A stretch of DNA of 64,000 nucleotides from Lama glama. Taxonomy: Eukaryota. Positions 13,905 to 26,575 of the stretch are shown in pieces (the first letter of the stretch is position 1; each line of letters starts with the position of its first letter). The notes below the pieces were generated by a model. The model had not been told where the DNA came from and made no database searches. It was given only the letters and a program-made list of their open reading frames with translations. Location of the stretch: positions 87,360,001 through 87,424,000 of the forward strand of contig CM052816.1 of assembly GCA_028534125.1 (NCBI GenBank), read 5' to 3'. A program made the position numbers and the translations under genes.

Positions 13905-14330
13905 GATCGTGGTTGCTGTCAATAGTGTGGCTCTTAGCAGTGTCATCAGGGCACAAAGACATTTTTTCTGTCTATTCACTCTTTAGTGTTGTGTTTTGAG
14001 CTAATGCATGTGACCTCATGGTGCATACAAAAGCCCTGCAGCTCCAGGCTTCACATTCAGGTTCAAGGCAGAAAGAGAAGAAGGAGTGTCACCAACTGTC
14101 ATCTGTCCTTTTTGACTAGAAAACGGGAAAAATTTTTTTTCTAGGATCTACCAAACAGAATTCCCCTGACATCTCATAGACCATATCTGGGTCACCCTCC
14201 ACACCAAGCTACAAAGAAGTTGGGTAAATTAAAGAGCTGATAAATGACAGGACTGTCGTTATTGATATAGACACAACATGACTATTGCATTACCCGTGGC
14301 TTGGACACACAGTCAGCCCAGACAAAGTGA
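13905..14330 (-). mobile_element. Ancient LTR33/MLT1K-L-like LTR remnant
   Basis: gcagctccaggcttcacattcaggttcaaggcagaaag..catctcatagacc..ctgggtcac..agctacaaagaagttgggtaaa. Confidence 0.55.
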
Positions 14331-16878
14331 GGAGCCCGTAAGAAAGAACAACAGGAGAATAATCATCCAGCGGATGCTTTCCAAAATTATAACTAAATTA
14401 AGTTGCAACTCACACTTTAACAAATGTCAAGGTAGACACTGAACAGTAAGTAAGATGAGGCTGAATCAGTGTCTCTCCTTCCTTTATATGCCTGATAATT
14501 CATTCAACCCAATTTTTAAACAGTTTTGAAAATTTTCTGAGAAAAATTAATGATAAAAACACAATTGTTTGAGGCTATCCGTCATCATAGGGAAGAGATG
14601 AGTGTTCAGGAAAGAAACATCACTCGACTTTTTTAAAATGTAAATTCTTTCCCAGGGCTCTTGGAATAAGACAAAATCTCTTTTGTTTTGAAATACAGTG
14701 AGAGTATAACATTAATATAACCGATTAGATATCGGTGGTGGTTTAAACAACTTTATAGGTGCACAGTGTTTTTTCTTTCTAACATAATAATCACTCTGGA
14801 CAATTTCTGCCATGAGGTATTAAGCAAATCATCTAGTTATAACAAAAACCTGTTCATTTTAAGATCAACATTTTAATATTCCCTAACGCAATGCTTATGT
14901 TTCACTGGGAGAAAAACTGGTATCACGGATTCTTACAGATGTTTTTAAAAGTCAGGACTGGGAGAGGATAGAATTGTTGCCACCAGAGTCTTGGAAAATG
15001 TATTTGATTTTAATTTATAAATGTAAGTAGAACTTTGATCATTCTTCAAGGGCAAAGATGTATCTCAGAGGCAATATTTCATTTACATCTTTGATGCCTG
15101 CTAAAATCCCAAGGTATTTAAGTTGAAAGATGTGATGGTCCACAGAGAAAAGAGAATACTGTTGCTACCATCCATGATGAAATTTGGTATATGCATTTCA
15201 GTTACCTTGAGCAATCACTGCACACAGAGCCTAGTGCTTCTCCATGCTCTTGGCAATATTTATACGGATTTAGGGGAAAAACACATATTTTATCTGTGCT
15301 ACATTCTGTCCATATCTTCTCCACCTCCCCTCAAATATTTTATGCTGCTCCTCCACAATTGATCATATGGGATGAGACACTTCAAATGAATAGTACAACT
15401 TACTCATTTTCGAGTGATATGTGACATTCTTAACCTTCTCTTTAAGGCCAGTCAACGTCAGCAGTAGGATATTTAGAAGTGTATACGGCTCCCTATCAAT
15501 CTTTAATGCATGCTTCTTATAAATACATCTCCCCTTGCCTCTGCTGGAGCTGATCATTTGTTTTATTTGACTCAGGGATTTACTTGATTTAGAAGTTGGA
15601 AATATACATCTGTACTATTGACAAAAGCCTATTCATAAAATGTGGAGATTCTGCCACACATTCCAGAGGAAAAGCAATGTGGCAAAGTGAAGTGCAAAAT
15701 TATTTCTGTCGTGGTGTTATTTTTGAGTAATATATCTCTGCCTTTTTATGAAGTGTAGGCACATTTGGAAGAATTATGTTGGAGTCATAAATCCCACTTT
15801 GCCTGGGACATGACTAATAGGTGTCTTTAAGATGATATTACTGTCTTATCTTGCAAAAATTTTTATAACTCTCAATCACAAATAGGGCGGGTCAGATTTA
15901 AATGACAAACATTAATGCTTTCCTTGGCAAGAAATAAGTTACCACTGCCTTTTCTAGACTACTTTGTGCAAATGCACCACACGCACATGTAATTTTATTA
16001 TTTTGTTATTTAGTAAGCAAAACTACCCTGCTTCATCTTGATACAGAGATATTTTCAGAAGGATATGCAAGAAGTAAACTTAGAAAATGAGTCAAAAGAC
16101 GAAAACAGTTGGCTGATCTCTATTTCAAATGTGGAGAACTATACATTCTGTTTAATTGAATGATGGTGCAGAATAGCTCCATTTCACCACAAATTTTCAG
16201 TGATATGAAATAGTCTCTAAAATTCTTCCCTTCTACCTGCCGGTTTTTATGGATCAGGTTATAACTAATACTGCAGGGTTCCCACATTATACACGAAAAA
16301 TCTGAAAATATACAAGAGGTGTGAGATCATAGGAGAAGGCCTATGTTAATGAGTGAAACCGACAACAGCTTAACAACTAGTCTTTTGAGTATAAAACACA
16401 ATCATCTAGTTACAGACTTGAGACTGTGATTATAAGGGCCATCAGAACCTCAAATTCCACTCGAGAAAGTGTTTGGAATCAGAGGATGAATTCATATAAT
16501 ACTCTGCGTGGAGTATCTCTGACTAGAGAACATTAAAGGAAAGTAAGACTGGGAGACATTTAAAAAAATAATAAACTACAGAGACTTCTCTGGCTAGGTG
16601 AAAATCTGCGGAAATTGGGCACAAAAGGAGAGAAAATTTGAGGCTTATTGTGGGATCTCATGCATGAGGAACAGAATTTGGATCTTTACCTTTAAATATT
16701 ATTTTTCTACCAAAAGAAGTCACCAGGTAGTTTTTGTTTTTGTTTTGTTTGTTTATTTGTTTTATTTGCTTGGAGTCAATAAAAATACATTTTCAAAGTG
16801 TGTTTCGTAAGAGCTATCTTTGAGTTTTGGGCTCTGTGAAGGAAAGAAGGCTTCAATCTTGAAGTCACTGACAGAACA

Positions 16879-17390
16879 TCTATGGGAAGAACAAATCTGA
16901 CTTCATATCAGATCTGTTTCTTTTAGTCTAACCTTGGTTTTCTGTTGCTTTTGCTAAGAGTTAGTCACTAAAGGGATGTTGCCTATAGCTTAAAGTGTCC
17001 ATAGTGGCCAATCTCCAGGAACCCTGTCCCCCATACCCGAGCATTGAGCTAAATACCTTTGTTTAGCTCATAGGAAGTAAACTGACCAGGCTTACGTGTG
17101 AACTGCTACAGGAAAGAAGAAATTAATATATCCCTTCCTGAGTCTGGTCAGAACCAGGAAATGTTAGTGACAATTTATCTCTTTTTACTTTACTACCTCA
17201 CCTCCCTCTCTTTGTTCTATAAAAGAAACTAGCATCCAAACCCCAGGGAAGATGGTTCTTTGGGACACTGGTCCACCATTTTCTCCATCTGCTAGCTTTC
17301 TGCATAAAGTCACTATTCCTTGCCCAACAACTTATCTCTCAATTATCGTCCTGTTGTGTAGTGAGCAGTATAAGCTTGGACTAGGTAACA
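16879..17390 (+). mobile_element. MER41-like ERV1 solo LTR, 512 bp
   Basis: Ends gagcagtataagcttggactaggtaaca; internal TATA-like ctataaaag near 17217; flanked by direct repeat GAACA (16874-16878 and 17391-17395). Confidence 0.85.
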
Positions 17391-17509
17391 GAACAAAACT
17401 GACGTGACAGACCTAATCTCTAGACTTTGCTACTAGAATCTGAAAAATAACTTATTTTATCCATTGTTTTTAGAATTTTCTTTCAGCTTCTCCAATTAGC
17501 CCCAAACAG

Positions 17510-17548
17510 ACACACACACACACATACACACACACACACACACACACA
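17510..17548 (+). repeat. (CA)n microsatellite
   Basis: Direct reading; one interruption. Confidence 0.95.
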
Positions 17549-18614
17549 AACACCCCACCACCTCTTTTAAAAACCACAATATTCATTGGAATATTTCTTG
17601 AATAAATATCACTCAAATATGTTACAAATCTGGGGTGCTGGAAAAGAAAATACCATTTTTTTTTGGTCACGGAAAGAATCAGGTCATTTCTTTAGATAAT
17701 TGAAACCCAAAGAACTCAGACAATAATTTTAGAAAAATCAGTAAACCATAAGCAAAGTGCTTTCTTGTGAAATAATGACAGTTAGTAAAGATCAATTTTG
17801 ACATAATCCAACCAACTCTCCCTCACATGTCTCACTGTCAATTGTCCCAAATTGTCCACACAGTCCTCAGTCATTTCTGTCATTTGAAATATCTTTAGGA
17901 ACTTTTCAATTCTTTCATTTGCCAATTTGGACACGAAGCCCTACTAAATCTACTCAGAATCTCCTCCATAGGAAAGAAATGGTAAAATTGCACTTATTTT
18001 GCATTTCTTGGCTTTATTTCTCATGACCTACGCAATTACAGTAACTTTTTCTGGCCATGTCACATGTTAACCCTGCATTATCAATATGGATGTCACTTTT
18101 CTTCACCTTTGCCATGAAAATAGCTGTAAATGTATTACCATTGTTTCCAACTGAATATATGCAAATGAGAAATAAACAAAATGTGACTCTAAACTCCACT
18201 GAATTGATTTAAACCTGGAAAATCTCTTTGGAGATTCAATAGTAATCAGTCTTTATCCTCTCATGGAAGAGTTGATTTTTGAAATTGGACAAATTCATTC
18301 TAGCCAATTTTATATAATGAGATGTGCCATTAAGCTGAGTAATAGTGTTTTCTGCCCCAAATGCAGCTTTACTACAAAGTAAAGAAATGGATTTTCTCGA
18401 GTGGTTCACAAACTGATCCTGTTTCAATTAGTAACTAGGAGTCTCAAATTTCTTCTGAGCTTTGGCTGTTGTGAAAATTGACATATATTCATACAGATGT
18501 ATCCTATTCAAATGACTAATGTCAAGAACACAAAAGATTTCTAAGTGTTAACTGCATTTGATACCGTTATTATTTTATACCCTTGCCTTACATAGTAATG
18601 CAAATCCTTTAATA

Positions 18615-18853
18615 CAGGGGATTGATTAATTTAATTCATTCTTCAATGCAAACCACAATACATTATTCAGCCATCTGTTTTTGAAAATAAAGTTTTATTG
18701 GAACACAGTCATTCCCTTTCATTTACATATTGTTTATGACTGCTTTTATACTTCAACAGAGGAGCTGAGTATTTGAGACAGAGGTAGGCTGTCCTACAAA
18801 GCCTAAAATATTTACTACATAGCCCTTTATAGAAAAAAAGTTTGCTGACTCCT
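18615..18853. mobile_element. MER58A-like hAT-Charlie MITE
   Basis: ctgtttttgaaaataaagttttattggaacacag..aagcctaaaatatttacta..ccctttatagaaaaaagtttgctgactcctg. Confidence 0.88.
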
Positions 18854-19635
18854 GCTTTAGAAAATACTATATTGGTAATAATGTATTTTAGAATGATAAA
18901 TCAAATGGCATCTTGTTGTACAGTAATAGTACCCTATACTGACAAAGGATTAAGATTCATATATATGCTAAGGCTAAACAAACAAAAGGCCCCCTCTGAG
19001 GGCCTCTCACTCCTGATTATTTATTATTTATTGTGGGCAAATTGGTAATCTGATTAAAAGGAAATACACTCCTTAGTCTCTCCCATTCAAGCCAGGGACT
19101 CTTGTTTGGTGTTGATCAGCACTAGACCACAGATTTACCTTCAACTGAAACTCATTGGAATCTTTCACATGTACTTATTTGACTTATGCCTAACAACAGT
19201 GAAAAGAGTTATTCTCAATACAGTAAAAAATTTGGAGGGGAGAGGCAGTCTAAATACAGATTTTAAAAACTTAAAAAGTATGACTTACAAATGTTATGCT
19301 AATCAATGGTCATTTGTATCAACTGCCTCATTTCAAGGAGCATTAAAGAAAGCTTTTATAAAAACAAAAAATTGGGGAAAAACCAAGTTAATGTAAGGAT
19401 AATAGCAGAAGAGTTAGACAAGTCATAGGGTGAAATTAGCGCACAGAGATGTAAAGGCTCCATCCAGCACAATTGTAAGAACCAAGCGACAGATTTGGAA
19501 ATGAGCTTTATCGCTATCAATGCAAAGGAAAGCAGTGATTATTTATATGATTCACCTTGCCTTGACTGTGGCATGCCCTGCCCCACACTGCCTTAGTGAT
19601 TAGAAACAATGTTTTGGAATTTGATATTACACTGC

Positions 19636-19807
19636 CCAGACGGGCAAAACAAGTTGTGCGACACAATGGAAAATGAAAATTCAGAGTTCCTTGATCAAAA
19701 TTATTAAATTCCAGGTAGTGACAGAAAAGCATTGTACCAGCGACGGCCCTTCTCCACATGTGGCTCCGTGTAACTCAACACGCTGCACATCCATGAAGCA
19801 GACCCTG
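19636..19807 (-). mobile_element. MER45A-like hAT-Tip100 MITE
   Basis: aaaatgaaaattcagagttccttgatcaaaattatt..ggcccttct..gctgcacatccatgaagcagaccctg. Confidence 0.8.
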
Positions 19808-19864
19808 ATGCCTACAGCTTACTCGGTGGGGAGTCACTCGGACTTGTCATATTCATTCTAAAAA

Positions 19865-19895
19865 CATCATCATCACCATCATCATCCTCATCATC
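19865..19895 (+). repeat. Imperfect (CAT)n trinucleotide repeat
   Basis: catcatcatcaccatcatcatcctcatcatc. Confidence 0.85.
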
Positions 19896-20139
19896 GTGTC
19901 AGATGTTCATTAAGTGTTCACTTTGTGCGGTTACTGCTTAAAAATGTGAAACTATTATTCTCCCTCCAAGCCAATAGTTTAAACAGTATTGCTAGTTCAA
20001 CATTAGGAGGAAAATATTCTCTAGGAAATAATTTCAAAGGAAATACTTTAGACAGTTACAGATGTTCTAGAGCTCAGGCTCAAACATGGTCTTCCCCAAA
20101 CTGAAGCCCATGATCTTATCAACAGTTCATCTACGATGT

Positions 20140-21430
20140 TCTGGTAACTATTTTCTAAGCACTATATTCTAGATACTAAACTGTGGCTAGATAGTGACTG
20201 GGAAAACAGAGCTCCCTGAACTTCAGAGTCTAAAGGAGGCTGGGGTAAGTGGAGCAGAAACAAGAAAATAAACAACTAAGTTACAATTGTGGTCACTGCT
20301 TTGAAGAAAATGAATAGAATGTTGTGATTGTGGTTTGTCTCAGACATGTAGACACAATAGTCAGGGGATGCATCTCTGAAGAACTGCTTTTTAAATGGAG
20401 TTCCAATGGATGGGAAGAAGCCAATATTCATAACTTCTAGGACATGAGGTTTACAGGCTGAGGAAGGGGTGGTACAGGTGCCCTGAAGTGTATAAGCTTG
20501 AAGTGTTCCAGACACTGAAAGAATCCCAATGTGGCTGGACTGATCTGACCAACCACCTGGGAGAGAATGAGGTTAGAATTGTGTGCTGGGAGAAATCCTG
20601 TAGGATCATACTGGTTATATTATGAGTTTTGTCTCATTTTAATGCAAAAGGAAAGCACTGAAATATTTTATTTACTAGACTGCCATAATGAGATTTATAA
20701 TTACTACATATGATTTCAGCTACTATATCCTGCTACGTTGAAGTGGAGGGAAAAATACAGAATTAGGTGGCTATTTCAGTCCATCAGGCAAGAGAAGACA
20801 CTGGCACAGGGAGATGGAGAAAAGTGGACTGGTTTGGAGGAAGTTCATGATGTAAGTTGTGGACTTTGTGATCAGTGGATTCTAGGGGATGGAGGAGACG
20901 AAAGGAAGCCAATGTTTTCCTCTGAGGAGAGACGAGCCAAAGGATTACGGGTTTGGAATGGGGAAGGGAAGAAACTAACTCAAGGATTAATTTTTTTTTT
21001 CTGGCAACATATTCATTTAGGTATTCAAATGGTACTTTCAAGCACAGAAGTCAAGAAACCAGTTGGATATATGTGTCTCATGATCAGAGAAAAGATTTAC
21101 CCCAGAGATGTAAATTGGCTTCTTCATAGTATCCCAGGCTTTTAAAGCCATTCAGGTGAACGGGCTTTCCAGGGAACGAAGCTAGATCGAAAAGAGAATC
21201 CAGCCCTTGATCTAATCCTAAAAATCTTCACTTTTTAGAGCCTGATAGGGTGGAATATTCTAGCCAACTAGATGGACCGGAGATGCGAGGGTATACCAGC
21301 AAACAAGATTAAGAACAAATGACCAATAAAGTGGGAAGAAAATTTAGGAGGGTATGAAGACACAGAATCCGACAAGAAACACAAACACTTAACTGTGTCA
21401 AGTGCTGCTGACAGGATGAGGTCTACGGCA
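20140..21430 (-). mobile_element. LINE-2 remnant
   Basis: Purine-rich degenerate antisense L2 text (aagcactatattctagatact..aaaacagagctccctg..ccaatgtggctgga..cagttggatatatgtgtct..actgtgtcaagtgctgctga). Confidence 0.75.
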
Positions 21431-22424
21431 ACCAGAAAAGCTTTCTGAGGAAGGCAGCATGTTGCATTCATTTCCAAATATTTAGGAAGAGAGATACGCT
21501 CTCACTATCATATTTAATAGAGGCTTATGTTAGTATGCATAGAAAAGTCAGAAAGGTAGGAAGTGATTCCAACAGTCAAATCATAATGCAATGTCATAAT
21601 GCAATATCAAGGACCGGATTGTCATTCAGGAAAAACAAATCTCTGTTTTCGGGCAGCCTGGCTGTTTGTTGCCAAATCTAGTGTTCCACTGTCACGGTGA
21701 CTCAGCTGCACTCTGACCTGCCCTTCACACAATGAGCAAGCTTTCTCCTAATCTGCTTCAGATGATCTCATGATTTATTATTTACTTATCCATTACTTCC
21801 TTAAGAACTTGACTAATTCTCCTATTTTTGTGTGCCTCTCTGTCCCCATAATGACACTTAACCCTGACTTTCTCTGTGGATATTTCAGGTCAAATTATTT
21901 GAGTCATGTCATGTGACACTTACAGTTTGTATTGTTTGGTATAACGTAATCTCTGTTTTTCAGATTTCTCTTACCAAGCCACCTCACTTGAAATCAGAAT
22001 GGTGGGATTCTAAGGTGCAAAGCTTTTTGATGTAAAAGGAAGTATTAAAAAAAAAAAAAAAACCTCTTTCAAAAATGCTTTAGAAAATGTAAAGCCTTGA
22101 TGTGAATTATGGCTTCAGTTGTGTGATATTTGGACATGGGAAGGTAACAGGAGTGACGAGGAAGATTATTCTGAAGGGAATAATAACATGAATTAGGGAA
22201 CAAAACAAGAAATTTTGAGGTGTTTGTGTTGGTGGCCTTATTGAGGAGAGCCTTGACTAAGAGGAAATTGAATTTCATTTTGTCAATGAGATTATTAGTA
22301 TTGATGTAGTGGAAAGTATTGTGTTTCATACGACAATTCGAAGGTGTGTGTAGTTGGTTCTTTTGGTTTCTACAGTATTAAAATCTTTTTCTAAGATGCC
22401 TTCATCCGATTCAGTTCTAAGTAT

Positions 22425-22440
22425 CAGCGCCCTCTGGTGT
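22425..22440 (-). promoter_or_regulatory. CTCF-like binding motif
   Basis: Reverse complement ACACCAGAGGGCGCTG closely matches the CTCF core CCASYAGRKGGCRS; a GC-rich word with an intact CpG in very AT-rich unique DNA. Confidence 0.7.
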
Positions 22441-24861
22441 TCATTTTCAGTATCGTTATAAAATTTGCACATTTTAAAATTGGGTCTTGGCATCCTTCAT
22501 GTATTAACTAATCCGAATGTAGAGCATGAATTTATGTTAAATGAGTATTGCTTTTGATTTTGATTTAAACTCAAGCTGAGTTGGATTTTAACAGAAAAAT
22601 AATTTCAGTTTTTCAGCTGAATTAAAAATGACAACAAAAATTTTAGTATTTTAGTGTTACTTAGGAAACAGTCCAAATGGCCATTGATTAATTTACATGC
22701 ACTTGTTCATTTTATTCAATCTCTTTAAGGTATAGAATGGCAAATATCCACTCTTTCATACACATACATTAATGCAACAAGTATAGAACTCACCGCTGTC
22801 TTCATAAAACCTTAAAATTTGAAAGCCTCTCTCTTTGGCACTAGCTTAGTTCCAAGGGTTTAGAAGAACTATCTAAGTGAAAGACTGATTTTTTTTGTCA
22901 AAAATATAATAAATAGTGAACTGGATTAGTCTAGTAGGGTAATCTAATGAAATCAATATTTATAGTTTATATTAGCCTATTAGATATTCATTGCGGAGAC
23001 ACTAGACTTCTAGCTTTGGAGAGTTCTCCCACCCCAGGTTCTCTGACCATATATGCAAAAATGGCTCGAGTACTCCAGACAAAGAGAAGATGCAGAGAAA
23101 GACAAGAAACTTTATACTGACAAGGCACCAACTCTACGCTAATATCTCCCTAATTTATTTTGTCCTCACAAAAGTCCAGAGAAAAATCTTATTACCTTCA
23201 TTATATTTTTAGATGGCAGAGAGTGATCAAATAGCCTGTCATAGCATATTACTAGTAAGTAAAAGAGTTCGGATTCAGTTTCCCCTCTGGCTGACTACTA
23301 CACTGAAATTACAGAACAAAATACCAATTACCTGGAAGCAAGTAAGAGTTAGCATTGAAGAATGCCTTTTTTTATAAAGACAGTAGTATACAATAAACAA
23401 AATGAGCAGTATTAATGTTCTAGATGAAGGATTTACTTGAAATAATTATTTTGAGATAAAACCACAGAGCCTAAACAAGAGAAGATTAGGACAAACAAAA
23501 AATTATCCACAGCCTAACTTGAAAAATTTTGAGATAGAAACCACAACTGTTCATCAAAGAGGGCTTTCTACGTTCTCTTATTTCCATCACCTTCCTCTCC
23601 CATATACAAGATTAAATGTCTTTGGGAGGAGTCTTAGTGATGGCTGTAAAAGAACAGGTGAGATTATTCATTGCATGGATCATATGACAATTTAGAGGGT
23701 TGAGACACTTAACATGTGTCCAATACGAGAAACTTGAAACTAGGTATCTGAAACATGGCGATTCTATTCCAGCTTCACAGAGAAATAGACAAGGGAATAG
23801 ATTTCAAGACGTATGTCTCTGGGAGATTAAGTGCAGCCTGCTGAGGTGCTCAATACCATGTTTCACTATTCTCCCCTTACAGTATCTCCATAGATACTGT
23901 GATTTCTCTGGGGCAAAGCATGGGTGGATTTTGAAAGATGTTTAGCATTTTTAAGAAGCATTTTAGATGAACAGATGTTAGAGCTGTTTTAAATTGTATT
24001 TTTTAATAAACACACATTTCATTTTCTCTGTTAATGAAATGCAGCTTGATATACACAGTGTTTTTGCAAGTGTCTCAGCAAAACAGAACAACCTGCATTG
24101 TTTTTATCATTTAAAATGTTCCACTGATTTAGGAGCCCAAGAGGCATCAAAGGATGTTTTAGAAAATGAACTTTAGGTGTATAGCTTATGGTTCACATAA
24201 AAATTCTAGTGATCTTGTTTCCTTAAACTGTTTCAAAAGCATCTTCATTTTAAAGAAGAGATTATCAGCACAGTGGCTGAATAATCCTCCTGAAGAAACT
24301 TTTTTTTTCATAAACATAGGAAAACTAAAATTAAACAAACAAGTAGGGCTTCTGGGTGTAAAGGCAATATTCAATAGAGAAAGAAAAATAAAAAATGATT
24401 ATTTGATATTTCAGTAATTCCTTTGATGATTATATTTTTTTTTTACCAGTGGCTGGTATTACTCACTTCATAAGGAGCACTGCTGTATGACTCCTTCTGT
24501 AAATCGTAGTCTATTCTAACCATTTATTTTAGGATATTTTAGATCGTGAGTTTTTTAACATTAGAGCCAAGGAACACGGAGCTCGAGTCTCCCTCTCATT
24601 CGGAGGGACACATGTTCTGTGGGTGGAATGGAGAATTGCCTCTGATTCCACAGTGTTTCCTTAACACAAAAATGAAAAACAGTGCAATTCTCTAAAGAAT
24701 CCATGCCCTGTCAACACGCCTCCCAGTATGTTTTTTCCCCAGTGTCCAAAAAAATCAGGATCCAGAATCTACAAATGGATCTGTCGGTCCTCCAGGGTGT
24801 GCGCTGCTCTTATCCACCCCTTCCTGATATTCTGCATCTCTGTTGAGTGCGCGGGATAAAT

Positions 24862-25028
24862 GTCCTGCCACCCCTAGAGTCCTCACACACCAGCAGGACA
24901 GGCATCTCCTGGGAGCATTTGAGATATTCAGCATCTCAGGCCCCAACCCATACCCAGAGAATCAGAATCTGCATTTTAACATGATCCCCAGGTAATTCAT
25001 GTTTATATTAAAATCTGAGAAGCACTAG
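24862..25028. mobile_element. MER5A-like hAT-Charlie MITE
   Basis: ggcatctcctgggagc..tctcaggccccaaccc..gaatcagaatctgcattttaacatgatccccaggtaattc..tgagaagcact. Confidence 0.88.
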
Positions 25029-25639
25029 TAATGGGCACATGGAACAAGTGCATATAAATGTGAACTTTAATGCCAACAAGCCTGTTGGAAGAATTTCTTC
25101 ATGCCCCTTCGTACCCTGATCCTCTATGCAACCTCTGATCTACATCCTCTATACACTCCCTCAAAGTAGCTCTATTTCCTTCTTCAAATTGTTTTTTTTT
25201 TTGAGATATTGTTCCTTTTGGAAGATTTATCCCTTGAGCTCAGTCCATCTGTTGGATTTTAAAACTTGACTTACTGATTCTTGAGTTAATCCCCCTTTTT
25301 AATCCTGTCTTGCTGGACGCATCTTCAGTCCTTGACTCTCACCTCGAGACTTTTTTTTTTTTTGTATGTGATAATCTTTTTTCCCCAGTGAATATAATTT
25401 GTGTTATTATTCTTTTTCCCAATAATGATCCTATACAGGAATGTCTCACACTAGGGACAAAACTGTCAAACTCCTGTCCTGCCAATGTTCAGCATTATCA
25501 TCAGCCATGTAAAGCTGACTTTCATTCACAGTTTGACACCTGAAGGCAGCCACTGCCAACAGTAAGGCCAGAGGGATAAAGGATGCTTGATTTTGATGGA
25601 CTACATCCATTATTGTGATAACAGCCTTTAACAATCCCT

Positions 25640-26350
25640 CTCTCAGAGTAACAGAGAAAATAATTAAGAATAAGCAGTGTTTGAAAACTATATTTAATAA
25701 GCTTGAATCAGTATATGAGAATTTAAACATCAAACAAGGTATGGAACATTAACTTACAGACCCACCAAAAACATTCACGTAATTTGATGATGCACTAGAC
25801 TGACATTAAGTCTTTAAAAAAATCCAAACAAGCATTCCCATAGTCTGCATTGGCTGATCAAACTAATGACGTAAAATATCAAGAAAAAAGTTTTATTTTG
25901 AACTATCTAGGTGTCAGGGAAAATCTACTAAAATAAATTGTCTTAAAAAAGGGGGGGGGATATCAAAGTAGAATCTACTTAGGATGAAACCATAATGAGT
26001 TTCTTCCTGTCACAATCCAAAGGAAAAAAACTTAAGACAATCCTCGAGAAAGCATACTTCCCAATACATTAAGTGACAAGCAAGGACAAGCTGTATTAAT
26101 AAACTAAGTGCTCAGTTTAAGTAGGAAAAGATCAACTATAAATTTAAAAACAGAAGCAGCAAGGAATGAACTAAAAGATAAGACAGAAATCAATGCAATA
26201 AACCAGCAAGGAAAGAGCACTAGAATTGTTGATTAGTGCAATCAATTTTGGCTCTTCGAAATATTAACGAATGACAAAATATTAAAGGATAAACATTCAA
26301 AAGTGTGAGAAAGGGGAAAATAAACATATTAACAATATTAGCAATGATAA
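25640..26350 (+). mobile_element. Very old LINE-1 ORF2 remnant
   Basis: A-rich degenerate L1 text (aaggaatgaactaaaagataagacagaaatcaatgcaata..ttggctcttcgaaa). Confidence 0.6.
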
Positions 26351-26575
26351 TAGTAGTGCAGACAACAGAGTGTGGCCTACAAATGCTGCTGACGGGTTTG
26401 AAAAATAAAATTTAGTGTCATTTATATTTTGATGTCGGTACATATCCAACTAAGCAAGGAGAATAATAACCCAAAATTGGGAAGTTAAATAGGAGCAAAT
26501 GTCTCAGGTTCCCAGAAGGCAGAGGCCACAGAATTATGGGGAAATTCTCTGTAAGACTGAAAGATAATTCTGATC

